Shown one piece after another: positions 38,427 to 50,799 of a stretch of DNA of 64,000 bases. This stretch comes from Psilocybe cubensis. Lineage: Eukaryota. The stretch spans positions 806,001 to 870,000 of the forward strand of contig CM039003.1 in NCBI GenBank assembly GCA_017499595.2. Reading direction: 5' to 3'. Position numbers and translations under genes: made by a program. The notes under the pieces are model-generated. The model did not search any database, was not told the origin of the DNA, and saw only the letters and a list, made by a program, of their open reading frames with translations. The first letter of the stretch is position 1; each line of letters opens with the position of its first letter.

Positions 38427-40549
38427 AGTCTTCTGCAGAGCTTTCCACCGGGATCTCAGTCACAGCCTTACTATTTCAATGTCGAAGGATGTCCAGAGAA
38501 CGATTAGACATGTTTCCAATTCATTCCAACAAAATGTATAACATCCTATTTTCGGAACCACCGTGGAGCCGGGAGCAAAGTAACAAAAGTACGGCTGAGG
38601 AAATGAAAAGAAATAACTGGCCACTGCTTCGTTGACACGAGCATCGCGGGGGTCGTTCTTTATATATAGGCTTTACCATGATACATGTCAATATTTGGAC
38701 CATCAGAAGGCAAGGTCTTTTCCGTCCGGCCAGCGAACACATCGTTTTGACCTTCATCCTCACTTATGTCTGGAGTGAGTAGGTTTTTCGTGCGTGACTC
38801 GAAGCAAAAGCGACATCCCTTAGTAGACAGTGTACACACATCACCTACCTGGGTCCGCCCCCGTAAAACTCGGAAAGTCCATGAAAGTGTTTAGATCCAT
38901 ACGTCCTTTGGACCCTGGTCTAATCTTTATTGCCCTCCGGCCGATTTATCGGCCTGGGCTTACCGAGGATAGGTAGAGATTATGCCACCCTAACCCCGAT
39001 TAGCAATGAGCTTATTCATAGTTTACGAGGTGAGAACCTTTTTTAGGGAACAGAGCTTCCTAAATTGATTGTCACATAAAACATTGAACTCCGAAAATAG
39101 TGGAACTTGAATTTAATGCCCATTTCTAATGTTTTGCCCTCGATTACAGCACCGATAAGCTGATTAGATGACAATTTATAAGAAACATTGTCACTTTGAT
39201 TAGTATCTAACGCTGACCCCCCTGTGACGCAGCTGCCATAGGTTCGTCATCGGGAGAAGACGTGAAATCGGTAACAGTCTTGCGAGCAGGCTCGTTTGCT
39301 TCAGCAACGATGCCGCCAGAGTAAAAGGCTCTTTTTCGTCGAGTTTGAGCTCGACGACTTTAAGTTTTACTATGTCACGTGGAAGTAACATTTTAAACAG
39401 CAAATTTCATGAAGATGTTGCCACTGACCAACGTCAATCTTCCACACGTTAAGCTCAACGTAATGACCGGCAGTCTGTCAATGGACATGTAGGCTTCAAC
39501 CGAGTACTGGAATGCATCTCCTTTAACGTTCTATAAACCGTCTAACCAGCGAGTGATTGTGGTGGCGTTTCTAAGAACAACCTCAAGAACCACGATATCA
39601 CCCGCGAAATCTCCGGACGTCCACAGCGATGAGAGACCGTCCTCTGGAACAATTCTCTGTGAGCATTTGCAGAATATAATATGACGCCGGAAACATATAA
39701 CTCGACATAATACAGATACGGGCATCATACTGTTCTCTATTCATTAGCTACGATTCATCATTGACGTACACGAACATCCCCTGCCAGTATCTACGCGCAT
39801 CCGAGAGTTTAATTTCGTTTGATTCCTCTTCTCTTCGTTCTATAAACTCGTCGAGAATACGCAAAAGGACCCACGACGAATTCCCGACTCCCGAGGCATC
39901 ACCGCCGCTGGCCAATGTTACACACGCGCATTCCTAGCAAAAGTTGAATTGTCAAAACTACAGCGACGTATATCCTACAGTCGATGACTAGGGCTAATGC
40001 CGAAGACAGACCGCTGCAAATGGAGAAGGTGTGTTGTGAATGAAGTAGTGCACGAGTATGACATCCTCTAAAGGTCCACTCTAATGCCTGCGGCATGGGC
40101 AATTATATGGAGGTCAGGGGGGTTTTCCTCATGCATGACTTTATCTTCCATCATTCATTTCTGTGGTATCAATGATGGCTTGGTGGGAGCTATTCTTAGA
40201 AGCAGCACGCTTAACGAGAACTTAACAAGCAGACCCAGCAGCCTGACAAGTGGTGGGAGAGTTTACCACAAACATGGCTCTGTCCAAATGGCAACTGATG
40301 TTTCCGCAGCTTTTCAGTCGGGGATGGTCTCCCAGGACAATTCCTGAGAGGGAAAGTTCATATCGGGGCTCAGTCGATTACTCAATTCCTATTGGACTAA
40401 CTCAGAGATCACGCCGAGGTGTATCTGGCATTCTGATCTGTTCATACTATATGTACGTGCCTTTGTCTATAGGAAGCCTCTTTTCTGATCTCCGTCACCC
40501 ACAGCTTATCCTCCTGCCACCTAGGGCCCCTTCCGAATTCCACGCACCC

Positions 40550-43500
40550 ATGGCTCCCACTGTGGCGACCCTCGACTTTGAGCATAGTCAATCGCCCCGA
40601 CCTCTCAAACGAGCTCGAAAGTCTAGTACGGTCGCTCACAACCCGTCTACGGAACCCGAGGAGCACCATTTTATCAACAATGCGCCCCTTGATCACATTT
40701 TCATCGCTGACGGGATAGCCTCCAAGAAAGCTGGCGGTAAAAAGGTTTGTCGTGATGAACAATCTATCCCTCTCGTACAAGCTCATTCGCGGTGCTATAG
40801 GCGCCTTTATCATGCTGCGAATGCCGTCGGTAAGTACTTAGGTCTCCAGTCTGGTGTTACGGGGCTCAATGAGTCGTCCTTCGGAGTCTAGGTTGAAGTT
40901 AAAGGTAGGCGACTTAATTAGCCTCTGCCCTGCTTTCAGCTGAAGTATAGGGATCATAGTGCGACCGTAGCTTCCCTTGTGCTTCATGCAAGGTACATTG
41001 ATTCTCTCTCTCTTCTCAGCTCGCTCTCTGAACCCTGGAATAGAAAAGAGGATGCGCAGAAATTTGCCCGGATGGTTCGCTGTTATGTCCCATTAAATTA
41101 TTACGATATTGATTGCGTTTTAGGTGTGCTTGTCTCAGGGAAAGGGACACGATTTATCTTGGCCAACACTGAGCAGCTGCATAGCAAAATACAGGAAATG
41201 AGTGACCGAATTCGTAGTTTAGAGGATGGCCTGCAGGCTTTGCACAGCGAGCGCTCACCCGAGCCAGATCAGCCTCACCCTCTACTGCTGCCTGAACTGC
41301 TGGGGATCAAGAGCACGATGGGGTTGTACAGCGGCACGCAAGCGCATTCCTCTTCGGATCCTGCGGCACAGGCTAACTCCAACAGTGGCAAGTCACCACG
41401 ACACATGGAGGTAGATCGACGTCCTATGGAACGGGGATCCAGCGAGGACACGATCACTGCTCCAGATCACTTACATGCACCCCAAGTGAGTTGTTGTAGG
41501 GTATGTTTACTGCCTCAGAAACTAACCAGCATCAGACCGTGAAGGAGGATCACTCTGAGGCATACTATGCTGCTGAGATTGCACGTCTCAGTCACAACTT
41601 CCCTCTATCGGACACGATTTCTCCAGAACCGAACCTCGGACTCAGGGAATTTATTCGTTCAAACCTTCCTCCGCGCGAAGAAGCCGATCATCTCTGGGAA
41701 CAAGCTCGTCAAAATGCTCTCTGGCAATACAACCCTCATCCGAGCTCGACATTCTATCCAAATCTAGCATACCACTGTTACAGTTCGCCAACAGAAAACT
41801 TGTCTCCTCGTAGACTTTCACTGCTGCTCATGATATTGGCTGTTGGTTGTTTGGTTGACATTCCAAATCGCGAGCCAGATCACCCTGATGCTGAGAAGTA
41901 CCATCAGCTCGCTCGTGCGAGCCTCTGCGAGATCCCTGTTATGGAAGAAACAAACGTAGAGACAATAACGGCTCTTTTCTACGAAATATGGTATCTCTTG
42001 GTGTTCTCCGACAAAAAGAAGGCTGCAGGCTATGCATGGGGTCTGATGGGCCTCACCGCCAAGTTGGCCCAGAGTGTAAGTTTCTGAACAATTATCATTA
42101 GCAGCGTCACTAACATCTGTATCCTTCATCAGATTGGACTACGTACGACAGTGTTTCCATCTTTCCTGTTTGCATTTCTGAATAAATTTTCACACAGATC
42201 GAGGAAGTGGGAAGTCCAAGGTTATTCCGGAAGAGGTCGAAATACGCAGGTCTCTATTCTGGGAACTGCTTTATCTTGACGCGCGTCTGGTTAGTTGTCG
42301 TCGATTCAAGGAATCTTCTCGGTGTTCTGACCTTTTGAGAAGTCTTTGTCATTAGGTCGACCTCCTTCTCTGACATTCAGCCACACCGACTGTCCTCCAC
42401 CGTCCTACACCCCAGATGATGATTGCAACCCAACAGAGAGTCTTCATTACTGTAAGTTTTTCATTATTGCCCCTTCGGTATAAAACTCATTTTTCTCAAT
42501 ATTAGATCAACAATGGAAGCATTCTTGTTACTCTAACTGCCTAGAGCCAGTATTGGATGCGATATCGAAGCCATCTCAGGCTTTGAACTATGATACTGTG
42601 CTAGACCTTGATAAACGGATTCGTGACTTCTCAATCCCTCCCCTTTTGCGAAACAAAGATATCCTTTCAAGGTCCATTGTCATGCAAAGAGCGTCTCTCT
42701 CCACTGCGCTAGAAGCTGGTGAGCGCTTCCCTGCTAACTAATTGCTCATGAACATCGTCATAACTGATTATTGTGTCCCCAGTCCTCCTACAGCTTCACC
42801 GCCAGTTCTTTACCCGAGCACTCAGCGGGCCAGAAGTGGCATTTAATAGAAGGCATCAGTATGCACCATCAGTGGTGGCGGTCTTCCTCAGTGCCTCGCG
42901 CATGATAGCAAATGTACACGACCTCTACACCCGTGAGCCACTCTTGACTGCCCGAATCCTTGGCTACTGGTCCAACGCTTTTTCCGCCGCTGTAAGTACA
43001 TTCCTGCGACTTTTCTCCCGCTTTTTCCGCAACGCCGTCACTAGCCACGCTCGAATTGATACCGACTAGAGGCGTGGGTGTGCGAATCGTATGCGGAATA
43101 TCGGGGACTTCGTCAGCGTTTTGTGACAAATGCACTAAATCGTCCTTTTTATCAATTCTTAGGTCGCTTTGTGTCTACTGGTGTCCCGCGCGCCATTTAC
43201 ATGTCTATCTCCAGCTGCATTGCAAGAACTCGAAAGAGCTCGAATTCTATTCCGCGCGGCCAAGGATACATGTCCGCGGGCCTTGCAGGTGTTGGTGCGT
43301 AAATACACTCTTTTCTGTGTCATCTGTTTGAACTTTTGGGTTTTCAGCCGATGCTGGAAAAGATGATTGACAAAGCACGGTACATCTTTGATCAGTGGTC
43401 CACTGGTCAAGAGCTGCCCACGATTGTGCTTAGGCATATCACGGACGATACCACGGACCACCCAGACTCTGCCAATGGCATGCAAAATCACAACGGCACC

Positions 43501-44088
43501 ATCGAACTGTCACATGCGAATAAATACGCTCGCCCGAATCAATATGCTCCGGCGACAGTATCACAACCGCAGTCCGATTCCTTCGTGAAATCACATCAAA
43601 GTCTAACGCAATGCATCGTCGAGGTACACCAGCGTGCAAAAGCATTATTCCCACTCAGAAAGCCATGCCAATGCTCTGTCAATACCCAAAGTTGTCCTCC
43701 CTCGCACTCGTGGAGTCCTGTTCCCAACATTGGCTCGCAGACATCGCCGGTTCTCCCGCCCGAGACTGTACCTATTACTGTAAATACCCCTAGGCTATCT
43801 CCCGCGCCTGGTCCCTTCTCTGCCAGTTTAACATCCAAGCTTGATATGAGCCCGCCGGGATTCCCAGCACAGAGGCAACCAATCTCCCGCCACCATGTAC
43901 ACTATCCGCCACAAGGTACTGGAGAAGGGCTTTACTCGAGCACTGTTCTTCCATCTGGCGGCCCATCCATCCCCCCGATACCCATGACTTTATCCCCTAC
44001 GTCCAAAATGGCGGTCGTAGACACTTTGAACTTTGAACTAGGGGCACTCCAATCATCGAGCGACCAAAATTGGATGGCCTTCTTCTGA
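40550..44088 (+). CDS. Zn(II)2Cys6 fungal transcription factor 1 with fungal TF middle-homology region
   Basis: Spliced LSCCECRRLKLKCDRSFPCASCKKRGCAEICPDG, RFILANTEQLH, AKLAQSIGL, RRSLFWEL, SLGRPPS. Ends MAFF*. Confidence 0.9.
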
Positions 44089-45463
44089 TACTCAGGGCCT
44101 GCTAACACTTCCGTGGACATTTTTGCCGATTTCATGATACCATACTTGCTTTTTTTGAAAGAACTGTGGCGAATGTTTTTCAATTCAAGCCATTCATTTG
44201 ACTTCTCGCCTCGAGTAGTTGTAATTTCTGTAAATATTGTAACTTTACGTGTACAAGTAACGACTCATCGCTCCTACTGATTACACTGCTGTATCTACTT
44301 GGCATTGGAAAGCCCGCCTTGCGCCTTTTGTGTTGTGGTGATTGACCTCCTAAAATGGGCAAACATTATCCGATGCTGGGAGGGAGTTAAGCTTTTTCAA
44401 TGACACAGCCGATACAAACCGCCTTGTCCCTTTGGTCCAAGTTGTCATTGTCATTGAAATGGAAGAAAAATTAGCAGTTATCGGAGATGTATACATCTTC
44501 CTCCACATCGAATCTAAATTGGAGTTGAACTTCGACAGATCCCTCTTCTCTGCACCATGTCCCAGAAAAACCCATAATTGTTCACTTTAGAGCACTCAAT
44601 ATTGGCCTCCTATTTGTCCATGGCTCTAAGAGGCTGATTTCTGACGACTTTTAGGCGAGTTTTGCGACTCTAAAATAGCCCAGGCACTCGATACCGATGC
44701 TCTGTACATGTAAATCGAATTCGAGAATTCTATCTTACGGTCAGCACGGTGCACCCAACATTGTTGTTACGGTCAAACTTCCGCGAGTTACGGCATCTGC
44801 TTTTGCTTCCGTTGTCACGCACTTGTTACGTTGCTACCAAATTGGGCAATCCCTGCACCGTTCAAGAAAAAATAAAACAGTTGTCAATGAACTTGTTGAA
44901 GACATACAATCAGTGATTCTCAACAAGTTCAAAACCTGGTCAGTTTTAACATTGTAATTTCTTGATTAAATCACTCCTAAACTTATGGAACTCATCTCCA
45001 TTCATTAATCCGTCCCCTTTTCTCCTTTGGCAACGGATTAAACGGCTTATTCAAAGCAGGAATTCACGACCAGGATCAGGAAGGCAGGGATCGATCTTAC
45101 AGGATCACAATCAAGTTCCCTGGTATTCAAGGGCAGAAAAAATGAGCAAGATACCTGTATGGGCAAAAATAGTGTTACCGTCTGCTTCGTTCAGACGCCG
45201 GGAACGTTTAATATTCGACCCCCGGAAGTCACGGGTTGGTTATCGGTTCTTAACTCTAATCTACGCCCCCTTCCGTTCCACATCCATCGTATCCTTGACC
45301 TGCGACCGTGACCAAGCGTTGAAAAATGTTTGGGAGCTCCTTGGAGTACAATCTGCGACAAGACTCTCGACCAACAAAACGACCCCGGAACACGTCTCTT
45401 ACTGCCGAGCTACAACAAGCAACTTCGACATCCAATGCATTTTCAGATGATCACAGTATTAAC

Positions 45464-48400
45464 ATGGAGATGGCGGGTGATCGCATTTCAGCAGCAACAA
45501 GAACGGACGACACACCTCCCCGCGGACCAACAGGAGCCAGAGCACGAAATGAGGAAAAGAACAATCGAACGCTCTCTTGCAAAGAATGTCGTAGGCAAGT
45601 TACCGAAATATACCCTACCGTTATTTCTTTCATTGCTCATTCCATGTTGAAATATTCTTTTTTGCAGACTGAAACTCAGAGTAAGACGCCATCTCAACCT
45701 GTGTCTAAACGTTGCAACACTATTAATCATTGAGCTGCAGTGTGATCGTGTGTTTCCATGCCAGGTGGATGTTTTGTCCTCGCTTATTAATTCACTTTCT
45801 CAACATTTGACAGTCTTGCATCAAGCGAGGTTGTGGGACCTTGTGTCCCGATGGTTCGGCTTTTTTAACGTTTATTTTTGTCTGTTTTACATTGTTGTCT
45901 TCCAGGCGCTCTTACCTCGGGACGAGGCAGCAGGTACATTCTGATTGCTATCAAGTGTCATTATCGCTCACCAAATATCTCAGGTTTATACTAGCAGGCG
46001 CCGAACAACTTCACGAAAAAATTCTTGAATTAAGCGACCGTATAAAGCAGCTCGAAGAAGCTCTAGAGGCTGAGCGAGCGCTGACATCAAGTCATCCTCA
46101 CCCTTTGCTCGCACCCGACCTTCTCAAGATCAAGACCTCACAAGAGATATACAGTCCGCCCACTGTGTCTAACCTACCATCTAGTTCATCAAATTCTGAC
46201 ATTTCTAATGCCAGAGATGAACATCTAAGGCAGTCAATTGGAGCGATGTCATTACATTCTCAACCACCTTACGCGGAGGGCTCGCGTCCCCCGCATCCTG
46301 AAGCATTGTCAAATATGAACGTTGCTCCAGATATTTTGCAACTCAGCACTACGTTTCCTTTCCCTTGGGCTGTTGATATAACCATTAGAAAACGAATTCG
46401 GGACTCGCTTCCCCCAAGGGCCGAAGCCTTGCGATTGTGCGAAGAAGCGAGGAATAATGCACTCTGGCAGTATGTCATTCATCGATCATTTTTGTTATAT
46501 TTGTTTAATCACTGTTCTAGGTTTACGATCGACTCTTCGAAGACCTTCTTACCCAACCTTTTACGATATTGCTACGAGACACCAATCGAAGCTTTGAGTC
46601 CCCGCAGACTTGCATTACTTTTAATGCATCTCTCAATAGGTTCATTGGTGGATCTCAACAGTCCTCTGGGTTCATTGAATGGTGAAGCGTATCATCATTT
46701 GGCCCGTGCGTCAGTTTGCGAAATTCCCTTGATGGAGGAACCCGATTTTGATGTACTTCATGCACTGGTTAGTCCTCCTAAACTGGTTGGCCAGACTGCT
46801 AAGCATTCACAATCACAAACTCTAGTTCTTCATGATTTGGTATCATTTAATTTTTTCGGACAACAAGAAGGCCGTCGGTTACGCCTGGAATCTGATGGGA
46901 TTCGTTGCTAAACTAGCTCAAGGAGTATGTTTATTCCATGCATTCGACTACATCTTCTAACCCACTATTCGACATATCACAGCTTGGACTTCGTATGTCA
47001 CAGTGTTCTTACTCGTTGACCACTGATCACATTCTACCTCGTTGCAGACAAAGAAGCACCTAAAACGAAAACGTTACCGGAAGAACACGAAAAACGACGT
47101 GCAGTATTTTGGGAGCTGCTTAATATGGATTGCCGTATGGTGAGTCTTCATAAAGGATTAAAGTTGTGTACTCTACTCATTCCTTTCGTGTTACCCAGTC
47201 GCTATCTTTGGGGAGACCACCATCCATATCTTTACGACACGTTGATATAAAGCCACCCACATGTGTGGGCCCAGGTCTATATGTACCCAGAGAAGAGATC
47301 GTTTGTACGTGTCAACCTCTCACGAAGTGTTCATTTTCATTCCGCTCAACCTCGTTGCAATCATATTAATAACGGATGGTCTATTTCTACGCAGATCACG
47401 AATGGAAAAATTCTTTCTTCATTCAGTGTCTCTCACCCATGCTAGAAGCCATGGTTGCCGTGGATCGACCGGAATACAGTCGAATCATCATTTTGGACAA
47501 ATCCGTCCGAGATTTTGGTGTTCCGACTCTCCTTGACGAACACCAATCTCATGACGTAAATCCTCGTTTCCTCGTCATGCAAAGAGGACTTGTTTCGATC
47601 AGTCGTGAGATCGGTATGCACTACCCTGAACCTTTTTGATTAATGAGTTTACCAGGCTTCCTAATTGGTCCACTATTTCACAGCTCTTCTACAGTTGCAT
47701 CGTCGCTATTTTACGGAGGCCATGAACGGACCAGAGAGCTTCGATCTCGGCCACCCCTACGCACCCTCCGTTATCGCGACTTATCTAGGAGCATCGAATT
47801 TGATATCGGCTGTGGAAACTCTTTTCGAACAGGAGGCTCAACTTACTGCAAGGTTCCTACATTTCTGGTTTAATTCATTTTCCGCAATGGTAAATTCACG
47901 TAGACGCCATCTTGTTTACGTTTCTATTTCACCTATAAATCGTTACAGGTTACTCTGTCGTTGCTCATCTCTCGGGCGCCATCAACATCACTGGCTTCTT
48001 ACGCTTTCCAGGACTTGGGTAAAGGCTGTCGCCTATTTAAATTGGCTGCTGCTATTCTCCCCTTTAGTGGAAAGGCTTTGGTAAGTTATTTTTACTCGTT
48101 ATGGCTCAGTCGGCCTGTTAATTATGTATTGGATAGCCCGTTGTTCAAAAGCTTTTGGACAAGTCTCAGCGTGTTTTGTTACAAAGGCGGGCAATGGATC
48201 CTTCCCAAACCCATGATATGATATATCCCCAACCCCAGCCCCAATTGCCACCATCATTTATGAATGTTCACTTCATTTTATCTCAACTTGCCGAACGAAT
48301 CGAGGCTCGTGATCCTTGCAAGCGCCTAGCTTCCAGCTCATCGGCAGACTTGCAGCACTCTTCTTTGAATACTGAGCAGGAGTCATGGCCGTCCGATATC

Positions 48401-48577
48401 TACCAGTTTTCGTCTGTAGGTCTCAACGTAGAGGAACGATATTCAATTGCCTCCACTCAACCGACGCCATTTATTCCTTCATCACCTCGGGTTGCACAAA
48501 ACGAGAAATTCAATTTTGATCATGGTGCACTCAGGGCTGGATTGGTAGAGGAAACAAGTTATATGGCGTGGTTTTAA
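45464..48577 (+). CDS. Zn(II)2Cys6 fungal transcription factor 2 (tandem paralog)
   Basis: Spliced LSCKECRRLKLRCDRVFPCQSCIKRGCGTLCPDG, RRAVFWEL, SLGRPPSI. First intron uses a GC donor (45595). Ends MAWF*. Start codon uncertain. Confidence 0.88.
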
Positions 48578-48987
48578 ACGCTTCTTTTCTATTTTCTCTC
48601 GATCCGCGTTCCTTGTATACTTATTTTCTGTATCATACCATTTCTTGTCAATTTTTGGAGGCTTCACTTTCATTATTCGGAATATAATCAGGTCAAATTT
48701 GAGTCTCAAAATCTTTTTTAATCTTTCCTGCATTACCGGTGCTTTTTTTTGGCTTTTAAGCACAGCTTTAAGCTTCTGTCCTCGATTGTTAAAATGAAGA
48801 TCCATCCCGCCGGCTACTGGAACGAATCATTCCAAGTTGGTGGCAATACATTAAATTTATACAAATATTTAATTATGTAGCTTATCGCAAGCAAGTAAAA
48901 TTATGTAATTAATCCTGTAACGTTCGTAAGCTTCATTGCTCTCCCGGCGACTCCAGCACCAAACTTGTCCTCTACCTTTTGTCCTCC

Positions 48988-50335
48988 ATGACGGGAATAC
49001 GCGACGTATGGGCGCCTAATCTAGAGGCGGAAATGAGGGTCATCCGCGATCTGATAGAACATTTCCCGTATGTCGCAATGGTCGTATCTCAGTCCACATA
49101 TATTTTCAACACATTGCTCATCCAATGCCACTAGTAGGACACCGAATTTCCGGGAGTCGTCGCTCGTCCAATAGGAAACTTTAAGACTTCCTCGGACTAC
49201 CATTATCAAACTATGCGGTGTAATGTTGACCTGCTCAAGATCATTCAAGTTGGTATCACGCTGGCGAACGAGGACGGGGAGTTTCCACAGGAAATCTCAA
49301 CATGGCAGTTTAATTTTCGATTCAGTTTGACGTGTGTTCTTCTGTTCTGTTTGTACTGTAAGCACACTGACGAACCTGTTGTTGAACAACCTAGTGATGA
49401 TATGTTCACGCCTGACTCCGTGGAACAATTGCAAAAAGCTGGTATCGATTTCGGACGCCATGAGGAATTTGGGATCCTTCCCAATGATTTCGCCGAACTT
49501 ATGATTACGTCGGGCATGGTGCTATCGCACGATACAAAATGGATATCTTTCCACAGGTGTGTGGTCTGCCCTCACTAGTTGCTGTTAGCCATTCCGACTT
49601 CCACCGCATAACGCGCTATTGGAAGAGCCTTCTTTAGGCTTCATGTCTTCTGATCAGTTTGTTTTACAGAGCTCGCTGACAATTATTGGATTCTAGCGGC
49701 TATGATTTCGGATATTTCGTGAAACTTTTGACAGCGGAATCTCTACCGACAAACGAAGATGCCTTCTTTTCACTTCTCAAAATATGGTTTCCCACCGTTT
49801 ACGACATCAAGTTCCTGATGAGGGCGTCTAAGGCCCTCAAAGGTGGCTTGCAAGAAGTTGCAGACGACCTCGGCGTACGTATTCAAACATGATTTATTTA
49901 TTGATATCTCAAAAACCATCATAGGTCATGCGCATCAGCACGGGTCAGCATGAGCAAACTGGCTCTGACTCTCTCCTGACAGCTTCAACTTTCTTCAAGA
50001 TGCGAGAAATTTACTTCGATGATCACATTGATGACGCAGAGTATTCAGGGAAGCTATACGGTCTTGGACAAACCTTCTCGATGTCAAATGGGTTGACTGA
50101 TCCCGCAAGAGGAGGGGTTACGATCGCCGAGAGAGAAGACAGAGGTTCAGTAAGGGACGCTCACAACCAAACACCTGGACCCAACAATGGTAGCAGCCAG
50201 CAAACACAGCCGACGTCGATGACGTTGGGTCCTATGACAGCTGGTATACAATCTGCCATGACACCTGGTGGATATGGCTCCATGAACAATGGACCACAAG
50301 CATACATGCGGACGATGGTAGGGGGAGGGCGTTAA
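48988..50335 (+). CDS. CAF1: CCR4-NOT deadenylase subunit CAF1/POP2 (DEDD RNase)
   Basis: IRDVWAPNLEAEM, AM|DTEFPGVVARPIG, YQTMRCNVDLLKIIQVG, WQFNF, SFH|SGYDFGY, YDIKFLM, GSDSLLT. Confidence 0.95.
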
Positions 50336-50799
50336 TGTATACCTGGGCTACCCCATCGCGTATTTCTACTCTCGGAATTGTGTGGCATGTATATCTGTAT
50401 TACTGTATTGCTAGATAGATAAATGGCATTTTCTGTAAATTCCTAACCGCGCGAAATTGGCCATACTTATGTCAGGACATGTTATGTACAAGAACCATTC
50501 TCAAACGATCCGGATTTCATCTACTTGTCCACCGTAGTGGTTCACGTGACAATCAAACTCTAACTTTACATCGACCAAAGTCCCGAAATTTTCCAAAAAG
50601 AAAATAATACAATTGAGCCTAATAAATTATGAGTGTTAGAACCCTAAATAGGGCCACTTTTTCTGTATATGCAAGCTCCCTAAAAACCAGCTTCAAATAT
50701 CTTTTCTCTCTCCATTCTAAGGGCAAGATACCTTCAAGGTGACATCCAATCAGAGTAACAAAATATTGCTTGTGAGAGCGCCTCAGTGCCGGTCATTAG

